Virus record (IMG/VR): IMGVR_UViG_3300042564_003265
Reading direction: 5' to 3' (one strand)
From: a virus
Lineage: Duplodnaviria; Heunggongvirae; Uroviricota; Caudoviricetes
DNA: 23,860 nt
The notes under the pieces are model-generated. The model was not told where the DNA came from, did not search any database, and worked only from the letters and a program-made list of their open reading frames with translations. Below are positions 9,366 to 17,178 of the stretch, in pieces; the stretch's first letter is position 1, and each line of letters opens with the position of its first letter. Both the position numbers and the translations under genes were made by a program.

Positions 9366-9475
9366 TTCGTTAAAATTTTCTTTAAGATTTCCAAGTTACG
9401 TTTAACTTGTTCCATTTTCTTAATGCCTGAACGTTTACTTCTTTTGGCTCTTGGTTTTTTTGGTGCACTTCCCAT
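9362..9475 (-). CDS. 37-aa K/R-rich basic peptide
   Basis: Missed by the track. MGSAPKKPRAKRSKRSGIKKMEQVKRNLEILKKILTK; its TGA overlaps the next ATG (ATGA coupling). Confidence 0.7.
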   Translation of the reverse strand: MGSAPKKPRAKRSKRSGIKKMEQVKRNLEILKKILTK

Positions 9476-9496
9476 AATATTGTTTTAATATAAGTA

Positions 9497-9688
9497 TTAA
9501 ATAATTGGAGTATAATTAACTTTATCTTCGTATTCTTTGACTTTATCTTCAAGGAATTTCATTCTATCACTATCACCACTAATGGAGTCATATCTCCCAT
9601 AACGTTTTACAAAGAGTTCAAGACCGTCCCTTTCAATTTCTTCTTCCATATTTTCAATGGACGGTAGATAACATTTATTAAATCCCAT
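9497..9688 (-). CDS. Small hypothetical protein
   Basis: 63-aa ORF; TATTTATA upstream (9694-9700). Confidence 0.7.
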   Translation of the reverse strand: MGFNKCYLPSIENMEEEIERDGLELFVKRYGRYDSISGDSDRMKFLEDKVKEYEDKVNYTPII

Positions 9689-9704
9689 AATATATAAATA
9701 TAAT

Positions 9705-9732
9705 AAAAAAACCCTCCAATGTGGAGGGTTTT
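9705..9732 (-). terminator. Intrinsic terminator
   Basis: AAAACCCTCCA-atg-TGGAGGGTTTT. Confidence 0.8.
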
Positions 9733-9755
9733 AAAAATAAAGTTTAAAAAATTAG

Positions 9756-10502
9756 TTATGCTGCCAAATCTGCTTCGGTCGGCGTTCCACCACCTTTAAC
9801 CCACACCAATTTTTGTCCGTATCTCTTATCACCAACTTGTGAGAATCTTCTACCATAACCTTTACTAACAAGATAGTCAGTTAATGTGGTTATTTGTTGT
9901 TGCGCCAATGGTGCACCTTTATAAACGATTCTTCTGTTCTCATAACCATTAGCATCTGCAAAACCATTAATCAATCCTTTTTGCATCAACATATTGTGTA
10001 TTTGTTGACCTTGAGATGCTGGATTTGTTGGACCACTGGCAACTTTTCCAGTTGCGTCAGCATCTGTTTTAGAACCAGCAGCTGCATCCGGTTGTTTGGT
10101 TGTCGAAATACCTGATGGTTCACCTTGTGTTGGTGCACCTCCTTGAATACCTTGAACAGGTGCTTTAACCTGTGGTAATGGAATATCTTTTGCGTTTGCA
10201 ATTGCAGGTGCAGGACCTCTTTTTGCTGATACAGTTACATCTGGTAAATCGGTTACCGTTGGTAATCCATCCTTACCTGTAAAATAATCTGAGATTTTTT
10301 CACCCTGTTTTATTAATCCGTTTTGTAACGCAAGTTTCTCAAGGGCAGCCATTTTATCTGCCCCAAATCCTGTTGCAAATCTTGTGGTATTAACACTTGC
10401 CAATTGTGGTTGTTCAGATAATGGTTGTTTATATCCCTTTCCTTGATGTTGTTCAAGGATTTGTTGTCTTTCTTCGTCTGTTAAATTAAAGTTCTTATAC
10501 AT
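9756..10502 (-). CDS. Ala/Gly/Pro/Gln-rich protein with LTDEERQQILEQH leader
   Basis: Start MYKNF at 10502 avoids overlap with the upstream gene; 248 aa with more than 25 Ala. Confidence 0.75.
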   Translation of the reverse strand: MYKNFNLTDEERQQILEQHQGKGYKQPLSEQPQLASVNTTRFATGFGADKMAALEKLALQNGLIKQGEKISDYFTGKDGLPTVTDLPDVTVSAKRGPAPAIANAKDIPLPQVKAPVQGIQGGAPTQGEPSGISTTKQPDAAAGSKTDADATGKVASGPTNPASQGQQIHNMLMQKGLINGFADANGYENRRIVYKGAPLAQQQITTLTDYLVSKGYGRRFSQVGDKRYGQKLVWVKGGGTPTEADLAA

Positions 10503-10527
10503 ATTTTTAAATTGTTTTTTAATTGTT

Positions 10528-11685
10528 TTAGAATGGCATATCTTCTTTATTAGGTTCTCCGTCTGGTGATTCTCCGTGTGTGTTTTTCCAATCTTCATCA
10601 TACTTCACAGACTTATATATTTCTTGCATATAGTTGGAAAGTTTTAGATAGTCCTCGGTTGGCATTTCGATGTCACCATAAGAATAGATGTTTAATAATA
10701 GCCTATGTGCTCTTAATACATCATATCCCGAATATCCCTCGTGAATTCTTGGGTCAACTTTTGCAATTTTGGGTCCTGTAATCTTCTCAGGAGCATTTCC
10801 AATATACCCACCCAATTCATTTATATCTTGTCCTTTAGGTGTTGCAACATCGACAGGTTGTTTAGTATCAACAAAACAATATCCTATAGTCTTAACACCA
10901 AGTTTAGCACATTCAACCACAGGTTTTTTAGTTACTTTATCACAAAGACCGGCAAATTTTACACCAAGACCAGAACAAGCAACCAAATTGGGTGGTGTTT
11001 TATCATTTACATCTTCTTCATTGGTATCTGCCATTTTTGAACCGATATATGACGCAGCCATTGGTGCCGCAATTCTTGCAAGCATTCCCAAGTTCTCATC
11101 CACTTCGTAGTTTCTTTCTTGTTTCTCGTCGTAGTCGTCATTCTCTACTGATGATTCATAATCATCATCCTTTCCGTGTTTAACAAATGGGTCATCTTCC
11201 ATTGGTTCATCTGACATTGGAGGTAATTCACCACTTTTAATTCCGCCATTTGCGTTAATCAATTCTTTGATAACTGATACAGGAACATATGGGTATACGT
11301 TTTTATATGGATTTTCTGAACCATCGTCATTGTAAACACCACCTTGTTCAACGTATTTCAATACATTTTTTGGAAGTACGGTACCCTCACTTGGATAACC
11401 CATTTCCATATGAGTATAAGGTCCCATATTATCTCTTGGTTCAGAATATGCTGTTCTACTTGCTTGAATGGATATATTTCCACCATTGTTGAAATAAACT
11501 CTTTTATATAGGGGTTTATTACCTGAGAACTTTGTAACGGGTCCGTTCACTTCATCGTCACGTCTTTTTTGTAAATCCTTACTATAAAAATTTGGGTCCA
11601 TTGACGGAGATGTAAATGACTGTTCTGATATCATTCCCATCATTCCTTTAATGCGGGAAAGTTGTTCATTAAGGTTATTTTTCAT
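10528..11685 (-). CDS. Multi-domain phage protein with LNEQLSRIKGMM leader
   Basis: 385 aa; SIQAS..YSEPR...PY...E.GYPS block and a 22-aa Cys repeat; TATTTATA upstream (11705-11711). Confidence 0.8.
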   Translation of the reverse strand: MKNNLNEQLSRIKGMMGMISEQSFTSPSMDPNFYSKDLQKRRDDEVNGPVTKFSGNKPLYKRVYFNNGGNISIQASRTAYSEPRDNMGPYTHMEMGYPSEGTVLPKNVLKYVEQGGVYNDDGSENPYKNVYPYVPVSVIKELINANGGIKSGELPPMSDEPMEDDPFVKHGKDDDYESSVENDDYDEKQERNYEVDENLGMLARIAAPMAASYIGSKMADTNEEDVNDKTPPNLVACSGLGVKFAGLCDKVTKKPVVECAKLGVKTIGYCFVDTKQPVDVATPKGQDINELGGYIGNAPEKITGPKIAKVDPRIHEGYSGYDVLRAHRLLLNIYSYGDIEMPTEDYLKLSNYMQEIYKSVKYDEDWKNTHGESPDGEPNKEDMPF

Positions 11686-11725
11686 TCGAATAAATCTTTA
11701 ATATATAAATAGTGGGACACCAAAT

Positions 11726-11752
11726 AAAAAATCCCATATTTCTATGGGATTT
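11726..11752 (-). terminator. Intrinsic terminator
   Basis: AAATCCCATA-tttc-TATGGGATTT. Confidence 0.75.
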
Positions 11753-11756
11753 CAAA

Positions 11757-11879
11757 TTAAGCTCTCTTTTTCACCGTTCGGGTGGAACCTTTTCTAATAC
11801 AGTTCTTAACCACGGGACCATTTTTCGTCTTAACGATTCTCTGAAAGTTATGAGGACGGGTTGTTACAGTTTTCGACAT
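11757..11879 (-). CDS. 40-aa basic peptide
   Basis: Missed by the track. MSKTVTTRPHNFQRIVKTKNGPVVKNCIRKGSTRTVKKRA; lies between a promoter and a terminator. Confidence 0.65.
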   Translation of the reverse strand: MSKTVTTRPHNFQRIVKTKNGPVVKNCIRKGSTRTVKKRA

Positions 11880-11896
11880 ATGATGAATATTTTTTA

Positions 11897-11926
11897 CAAA
11901 ACTAATGATTATTACGGATATACAAA
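11897..11926 (-). promoter_or_regulatory. Bacteroidota sigma-A type promoter
   Basis: Minus strand TTTG-N18-TAGTTTTG. Confidence 0.55.
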
Positions 11927-11973
11927 AAAATTTTTTAAAAATCCCGGTTCCGGCGTACGAGATTCAAATTTTA

Positions 11974-12369
11974 TTATCGAAGAATCGTGGGAACGAAATC
12001 AAAATACAATAGATTCAACAAGTTGGCACGGTGATTGCCGTCCTTTAAATGATAAGTTTCATCGGGTAACTTAGTAACTTCAATAGGGTCGGTCTTAACA
12101 TAATCCATAATGTAGTTCTTTACATCCGGTTGTTCTCTGATGGTTAAGATTAAATCCTTAAGGGAATTGTACTCAGGAAGGTTTAATTCATATACATTCG
12201 ATATATGTTTAACCAAATTAATTATGGACTCAGGGGTATACCCTTGTGTACCGACGGAACCATTCGGTCTACGTATATTATCCATAGGTAACATAACGTA
12301 CCCCATATCTTCCTCAGATAGTATACCCATCATCTGTTTAATCCTCTGTATATTCTCTTGTAAGTTCAT
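11974..12369 (-). CDS. ParB/Srx-like domain protein with LQENIQRIKQMM leader
   Basis: PIEV......YHLKDGNHRANLL, the ParB-like DGxHR motif. Confidence 0.7.
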   Translation of the reverse strand: MNLQENIQRIKQMMGILSEEDMGYVMLPMDNIRRPNGSVGTQGYTPESIINLVKHISNVYELNLPEYNSLKDLILTIREQPDVKNYIMDYVKTDPIEVTKLPDETYHLKDGNHRANLLNLLYFDFVPTILR

Positions 12370-12395
12370 ATGATATAAATATTATTCCCATTAAA

Positions 12396-12424
12396 TAAAA
12401 AATCCCACCGTATGGTGGGATTTT
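12396..12424 (-). terminator. Intrinsic terminator
   Basis: AAAATCCCACC-gtat-GGTGGGATTTT. Confidence 0.8.
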
Positions 12425-12427
12425 GTT

Positions 12428-13375
12428 TTATCCAAGATAGTTCTGATAATAGTCCAACAAGACCTTATCTCTAATCTTATTTTTCTTATGGATAGTCTCG
12501 TCTCTCATAAAACAGTCGAAGCCATATAATACTTTGGCAATCACGATTCGTGCGTTACTAAACCCGGTTGCTTTCCAATTAATACCGTATTCACTATAAA
12601 CGGCACTGAACACGTAATCAACACCGTCTCTATGGGTTCTATCGTTCACCGTGGTAATGGTATCCACATAGTTCTCAATCAAGGTCTTAATCTTCTTGTT
12701 ATTGGTACCGTACTTCTTGGAGATTAATAGAAGTGCTGTCAATACATTCCCACTATACTTCTTACCCATTCTATCCAAGTTGAATCCATCAACGTATTTT
12801 AATTCGGACCAGAAGAAGTCCAATAAGATGTTGAAGTTCTTTCTTACATTCTTTCCTCCAAGGTATAAACCGTCATCGTTATGAGCATATTGTGCTGCGT
12901 TCTTGACTGCGGTAATAAACTTACCCGTTTTAACCACGGTGCTAACGGCATTATAACCTCTCTCACGTAAAAGTCCTGTGGACTTATCATTGGAGGTTTC
13001 AACTGATTGTTGACTATCAATTGAATCATATAATTTGTAGGTATAATCAGCGGAGTCCACCTCATATACTTTCACATCCAACGGAACGTTGGGAGTTAAT
13101 TCAGGTTTAACTGACCAACACTCACAACGTGTGTTTCCATTAAGACGGAAGTATTCCCCTTTCTTATAAGGACCAAACGCTTTGGTTGTGTACCCAACAG
13201 CAACCTCCAAGTGTGTTGGAAGAGCTTCTTCTGATAATAATCCCACAATACGAGGAATACGTACCTCCACCTCTCGGTTTCTATTATAAGGAGGAAGTTT
13301 CATAAACCAAGAAGGTGACTTTGATACTCGATACGATTTCTTTGTAGTGAAATCTAACTTTTTAGATTTTTCCAT
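12428..13375 (-). CDS. ParB/DGQHR-like N-terminal domain protein
   Basis: PYNRNRE...YFRLNGNTR resembles ParB-superfamily motifs; start MEKSK at 13375 follows the upstream stop directly. Confidence 0.55.
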   Translation of the reverse strand: MEKSKKLDFTTKKSYRVSKSPSWFMKLPPYNRNREVEVRIPRIVGLLSEEALPTHLEVAVGYTTKAFGPYKKGEYFRLNGNTRCECWSVKPELTPNVPLDVKVYEVDSADYTYKLYDSIDSQQSVETSNDKSTGLLRERGYNAVSTVVKTGKFITAVKNAAQYAHNDDGLYLGGKNVRKNFNILLDFFWSELKYVDGFNLDRMGKKYSGNVLTALLLISKKYGTNNKKIKTLIENYVDTITTVNDRTHRDGVDYVFSAVYSEYGINWKATGFSNARIVIAKVLYGFDCFMRDETIHKKNKIRDKVLLDYYQNYLG

Positions 13376-13376
13376 T

Positions 13377-13955
13377 TTAGTTTTTGTTTTTAAAAGTTTT
13401 GATAAAAGATAATAGATGTGTATAGGAAGTTCCCTTAAGAACATTTTGTTTCTTGAATAACCAATCGATATCCACCGAATCAATGGATGTACGTTTTCCA
13501 ACATAGGTATTATAGGAGTTTACCTCTTTGGAATTATTCATACCCGTAAGGGTAATCTTGGGATTGTCTGTAACGACTTTCTTTGGAACACAATAGAAGG
13601 ATGGTTTGAATTTACCATTAACAAAACATAGAATAAAATAATCTAAGTCCTGCCAATCACGGATGTTGGTAATGGAATACTTGTCCTTTTGGTTGAGGTA
13701 TGAAATCTTAACCTCGAAGAACTTCTTGTAGTGAATGTGTAAATCACCTCTGTTTAATTTCATTGAAACACTCTTGAGATAGTGTCCCACGTCTTGTTGT
13801 ATCTTACCGGGAAATACCGCTCCGTATTTACTCGGTGTACATACATTGTAGATTTTGAGAATGAAGTCCGACATCTTTAATTGATAGTCTGTCTCGGTAA
13901 TAATGTTACGTTTCTCCTGTTTCTTTTTAACCTCCTTTAGTAAGTCTTTATTCAT
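13377..13955 (-). CDS. Putative PD-(D/E)xK restriction-endonuclease-like protein
   Basis: RGDLHIHYKKFFEVKIS (D...ExK) and DLDYFILCFV. Confidence 0.5.
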   Translation of the reverse strand: MNKDLLKEVKKKQEKRNIITETDYQLKMSDFILKIYNVCTPSKYGAVFPGKIQQDVGHYLKSVSMKLNRGDLHIHYKKFFEVKISYLNQKDKYSITNIRDWQDLDYFILCFVNGKFKPSFYCVPKKVVTDNPKITLTGMNNSKEVNSYNTYVGKRTSIDSVDIDWLFKKQNVLKGTSYTHLLSFIKTFKNKN

Positions 13956-13974
13956 TGTGTTGGATTTAGTAGAA

Positions 13975-14005
13975 CAAAATTAGGAATAATTCTGAATATT
14001 CCAAA
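13975..14005 (-). promoter_or_regulatory. Bacteroidota sigma-A type promoter
   Basis: Minus strand TTTG-N19-TAATTTTG, a consensus match. Confidence 0.7.
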
Positions 14006-14023
14006 AAAATTCTAAAAAATATT

Positions 14024-14362
14024 TTATTTCCACAAAACTTGAATCAGGAGTATACACAACCCGAGAAGGAGACATATGACGGTTTTGAGATTAATGGGTT
14101 CACCGAAGATGAAATAACTCATAAACGCAAATACAATAATACCTATGGAGAAACCGATTAATCTACTCGGCCATATCTGTCCCCCGAAATACATAACAAA
14201 GTATTCCACGGACTTAATGAATAGATAGGATATAGGGATTGCAGATGACAACATTATAATTGGATACTTCTCAAACCAATGATATTTGACATTTCCCTGT
14301 AGTTGAAGAAAGGTGAGGATTTGGGCCACTAACCCATATAACATTCCGAGTAATAGATTCAT
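14024..14362 (-). CDS. Small 4-TM membrane protein (DMT/SMR-like)
   Basis: 112 aa from MNLLLG; four hydrophobic helices; W..RLIGF..G..VF pattern. Confidence 0.7.
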   Translation of the reverse strand: MNLLLGMLYGLVAQILTFLQLQGNVKYHWFEKYPIIMLSSAIPISYLFIKSVEYFVMYFGGQIWPSRLIGFSIGIIVFAFMSYFIFGEPINLKTVICLLLGLCILLIQVLWK

Positions 14363-14367
14363 TCTTA

Positions 14368-14399
14368 AAAATATACACATAATAGTCGGATTTTTCAAA
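14368..14399 (-). promoter_or_regulatory. Bacteroidota sigma-A type promoter
   Basis: Minus strand TTTG-N20-TATATTTT. Confidence 0.6.
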
Positions 14400-14510
14400 A
14401 AATTCTGGAAAATTTTTAAATCACTTTTAGGGGTCATTCCCCTTTTTTAGATTTTTTTCCGGAAAAATTTCAGTTACGGCATTGTCCCCCCTATTCAGAC
14501 ACCCTAAATA

Positions 14511-14575
14511 CCCTTATATAAGGGGGGATACGGGAGGGGGGAGGGGGTACCTACGGGGTAGGTAGGGGTATAGGG
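14511..14575 (+). other. G-tract cluster (putative G-quadruplex) with palindromes
   Basis: Seven runs of 3-6 G in 14522-14575; perfect palindrome CCCTTATATAAGGG (14511-14524); TACCTAC-ggg-GTAGGTA (14548-14564). Confidence 0.7.
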
Positions 14576-14588
14576 ACCGGTAGACATT
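14576..14588 (-). repeat. 13-bp box, single copy (unit 0)
   Basis: ACCGGTAGACATT, reverse complement of the box consensus AATGTYYWMCRGY. Confidence 0.7.
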
Positions 14589-14662
14589 CGGTTGAGGATT
14601 TTGTCCACGGGGGTCAGTCCTTATTTAGACTGAAAATAAATTAAAAAATAATTGGTCAATCG

Positions 14663-14694
14663 TTTGGTATTCTCATATAACCTTAATACATTTA
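14663..14694 (+). promoter_or_regulatory. Cassette promoter
   Basis: TTTG-N20-TACATTTA. Confidence 0.75.
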
Positions 14695-14724
14695 CATATC
14701 GTTTCACACTAACCACTAAACGTT

Positions 14725-15087
14725 ATGAACAAAACACACATCTTCTTACTCCGTACAAGTGTTGGAATCACTATCGACTTTGAAGTGAACACCAAAGGTC
14801 AATTCGACCACATCAGTTTTTCCACCGAAAACGAGTTCTTAATGGAGGACGAAGAGTTTGATGATTGGGGTCAAGAAGTAAGAGAGGAGTATGAATCCCT
14901 TTTGAAGTACTTGGTAAGAGAAGGGGTAATCAAAGTCGAATTAGACTTGGAACACGAGGGAATGAAAATGGTTACTATCGGGACTATCGAAGTTCTCAAA
15001 TCGGGTTACATTGTCGAATATGAATATCTCGAAGGAGGGACTTGGTTTAAGGACAAGTCGGTACACGAACACCGACTACCTTACTAA
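14725..15087 (+). CDS. Acidic hypothetical protein (0 Ala)
   Basis: 120-aa ORF between promoter and terminator. Confidence 0.85.
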   Translation: MNKTHIFLLRTSVGITIDFEVNTKGQFDHISFSTENEFLMEDEEFDDWGQEVREEYESLLKYLVREGVIKVELDLEHEGMKMVTIGTIEVLKSGYIVEYEYLEGGTWFKDKSVHEHRLPY

Positions 15088-15093
15088 CGAAAG

Positions 15094-15120
15094 GAGGAAC
15101 GGAAGTTCCTCTTTTTTTTT
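15094..15120 (+). terminator. Intrinsic terminator
   Basis: GAGGAAC-GGAA-GTTCCTC plus U9. Confidence 0.85.
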
Positions 15121-15163
15121 ATTTGTTTATATCAAAAAAAATGTTGTCGTCAGGACTGACAAA

Positions 15164-15214
15164 GATGTTCACCGGTTATTTGGTCGGTGGAAGTCATTTA
15201 ACCGGTGGACATTT
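15164..15214. repeat. Inverted box pair
   Basis: GATGTTCACCGGTTA (15164-15178) and AACCGGTGGACATTT (15200-15214). Confidence 0.8.
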
Positions 15215-15273
15215 TCGTGGGACGAATCCGAAAAAAATGTGGATAACTATGTGGAAAAGTTTTGACCAAATTA

Positions 15274-15305
15274 TTAGGATATATGGATTATATTATTTTA
15301 CTTTG
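15274..15305 (+). promoter_or_regulatory. Cassette promoter with no gene of its own
   Basis: TTAG-N20-TTACTTTG. Confidence 0.65.
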
Positions 15306-15379
15306 TATTGTTGTTGAGGGGGTAAGGAAATAAGGTTAAAAAAAATTAACATTTCTTAACAAAACTTTAACACCAAATA

Positions 15380-15411
15380 TTAGGTTATATCAGTTATATT
15401 GACTTATTTTG
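15380..15411 (+). promoter_or_regulatory. Cassette promoter
   Basis: TTAG-N20-TTATTTTG. Confidence 0.7.
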
Positions 15412-15444
15412 TTTCATCGTTTAACACTTAAATAAATAAACACT

Positions 15445-16053
15445 ATGTCTAATCAAGTAAAAAACATCGTATCAGTACCTAACAATGAGTGGGTATCAGT
15501 AGTAGGAGAAGTATTATCAGTAGTTAATAACCCTACATTCAGTTCCTTTGTATCAAAGGTAAAAGTGAAAATGAATCAGTACCTTGATTATTGGGTAATC
15601 AATGAAGAGGGTAAGAAGAAAAAGAATCCAAACCCTACAAGGAATCCTTACTACGATGAGGGTATTATCAACCACTCTCGTAAAGTTCAAATTAACACAG
15701 GTTTTGACTATGTTAAGAGTGTTAATAGAAGATTGGAAAATGAGGGTAAGGAGAGTGATTTTGAAGGACAAGATAATTGGTTTGAGGTTATCAGTAAGGG
15801 TTTGGTAACCGACAAGAGTACAAGAACAAAATTGTACTTCCGTTATCAGTACCTTAACACAAGTACACAAGACCAAGAGTTCTTGTTTCAAGGTAACCAA
15901 ATTGAAAAGAACTTATTTGAAAGTTTTATGAGTGAGAGTACAAAGTATGAGAATCAAGGGTTGGACAATCCACTACAATTCCAAGTGTGTGATTTGAACA
16001 ATATCTTAAAGATAACAATAGGTGGAACAACCTATGAGAGAGAGTTAGTATAG
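15445..16053 (+). CDS. Phage hypothetical protein (0 Ala in 202 aa)
   Basis: ORF track; KMN...NPYY...DY pattern shared with the 23490 gene. Confidence 0.85.
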   Translation: MSNQVKNIVSVPNNEWVSVVGEVLSVVNNPTFSSFVSKVKVKMNQYLDYWVINEEGKKKKNPNPTRNPYYDEGIINHSRKVQINTGFDYVKSVNRRLENEGKESDFEGQDNWFEVISKGLVTDKSTRTKLYFRYQYLNTSTQDQEFLFQGNQIEKNLFESFMSESTKYENQGLDNPLQFQVCDLNNILKITIGGTTYERELV

Positions 16054-16074
16054 TGTGAATAGTTTAACAACTGA

Positions 16075-16105
16075 AAGGGGTGTAGAAATACACTCCTTTT
16101 TTTTT
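16075..16105 (+). terminator. Intrinsic terminator
   Basis: AAGGGGTGTA-GAAA-TACACTCCTT plus U-tract. Confidence 0.85.
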
Positions 16106-16142
16106 GTCTTACGGAACAACGAGTCGGAGGAAGACGGGTCGG

Positions 16143-16193
16143 AAATGTCTTACAGCTTTCGGGGGTTGTCTTACGAATAACCGGTGGACATTT
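16143..16193. repeat. Inverted box pair
   Basis: AAATGTCTTACAGCTTT (16143-16159) and AACCGGTGGACATTT (16179-16193). Confidence 0.85.
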
Positions 16194-16269
16194 CTCACAA
16201 GGTTGTTTTCACCAAATTTTTTCCACTTTTTATTTGTTAAAAAAATAATTTAAACTTTAACATATTTTT

Positions 16270-16301
16270 TTTGGTGGTTTGGTATAATGGTATTACTTTT
16301 A
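16270..16301 (+). promoter_or_regulatory. Cassette promoter
   Basis: TTTG-N20-TACTTTTA. Confidence 0.75.
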
Positions 16302-16326
16302 CACTCTAATCAAATAACATACTACA

Positions 16327-16599
16327 ATGAACAAGATGACCGAAGAATTAGTAACCAAAGTAATCAAAGGTATTATCGTAGACCGAACTACTCAATTAAT
16401 TGAGGATATGTCGAATCAAGATTTTATCGAACAAGTAATGGACAAACTCCAAGAAGAAGAGTTTGAGTTGGACTTTGACAACGAAGAAGTCCAAGAAGAA
16501 ATTACTGACCTTGTTGGTAAACAAGTCCTACCCTTACTCCTTAAAGTAATGGAATGGGGTATCGGTAAAGAACTACCAAAGGTACCGACCTTAAATTAA
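16327..16599 (+). CDS. Acidic hypothetical protein (0 Ala)
   Basis: 90-aa ORF. Confidence 0.8.
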   Translation: MNKMTEELVTKVIKGIIVDRTTQLIEDMSNQDFIEQVMDKLQEEEFELDFDNEEVQEEITDLVGKQVLPLLLKVMEWGIGKELPKVPTLN

Positions 16600-16616
16600 A
16601 AGTTCCCCCACTTTTA

Positions 16617-16646
16617 GTCCCACAAGAAATTGTGGGATTTTTTTTT
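16617..16646 (+). terminator. Intrinsic terminator
   Basis: GTCCCACAA-GAAA-TTGTGGGAT plus U-tract. Confidence 0.85.
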
Positions 16647-16684
16647 GGTTGTGTCAAAAAATGTTGGTGGAACCGTGATGGGAA

Positions 16685-16732
16685 GATGTCTAACAGCTTC
16701 CATATTTGTCTTACAGATAACCGGTGGACATT
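16685..16732. repeat. Inverted box pair
   Basis: GATGTCTAACAGCTT (16685-16699) and AACCGGTGGACATT (16719-16732). Confidence 0.85.
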
Positions 16733-16770
16733 CCTTGTTGATGAACTGTGGAAAAGTTTTTACCAAAATA

Positions 16771-16802
16771 ATAGGATATATGGATTATATTGTTTTACTT
16801 TG
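16771..16802 (+). promoter_or_regulatory. Cassette promoter
   Basis: ATAG-N20-TTACTTTG. Confidence 0.7.
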
Positions 16803-16822
16803 TATCGTTAAACATTAATACT

Positions 16823-17116
16823 ATGACAAAAGAATTTATCCAAGAACAATTACAATACAATCCAAAGTGGATTGAGAGAGGTTTGGTTGTGTTATACAAT
16901 AGACAAACCCAAGATGAGAAAGAGAACGTAATGACCAAGTACGAGAACGGAATTGGTTTTAACGGAAGTGATGTACGTTATCTAACCTATTGTTCCAAGT
17001 GGGTTATGAGTGGTAAGAGTTTGAGTGGTGTTCACTTACAAAAGTGTGGTAAGATGTTGAAGAAGTATTGGAAACAAATCAAAGAGGAAATCGAACTGAA
17101 AAGTAGGAGAGGGTAA
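16823..17116 (+). CDS. Conserved-looking phage protein (QT.DEK...T...NGIGF; 0 Ala)
   Basis: 97 aa from ATG 16823; the track start at 16790 lies inside the promoter. Confidence 0.85.
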   Translation: MTKEFIQEQLQYNPKWIERGLVVLYNRQTQDEKENVMTKYENGIGFNGSDVRYLTYCSKWVMSGKSLSGVHLQKCGKMLKKYWKQIKEEIELKSRRG

Positions 17117-17120
17117 GGAG

Positions 17121-17178
17121 AATGTCCACCGGTTAAATGGTGGATATATCTCTATGTCCAAATCGCCGTTACACATTT
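17121..17178. repeat. Inverted box pair
   Basis: AATGTCCACCGGTT (17121-17134) and GCCGTTACACATTT (17165-17178). Confidence 0.8.

Noticed and set aside
616-13065. Track ORFs antisense to or nested in real genes (616, 1124, 1398, 2894, 2982, 3070, 3721, 4856, 9894, 9986, 10566, 10741, 10769, 10992, 11289, 11712, 12140, 12696, 12844)
   Set aside because: They shadow better-supported genes on another frame or strand and have no motifs or expression signals.
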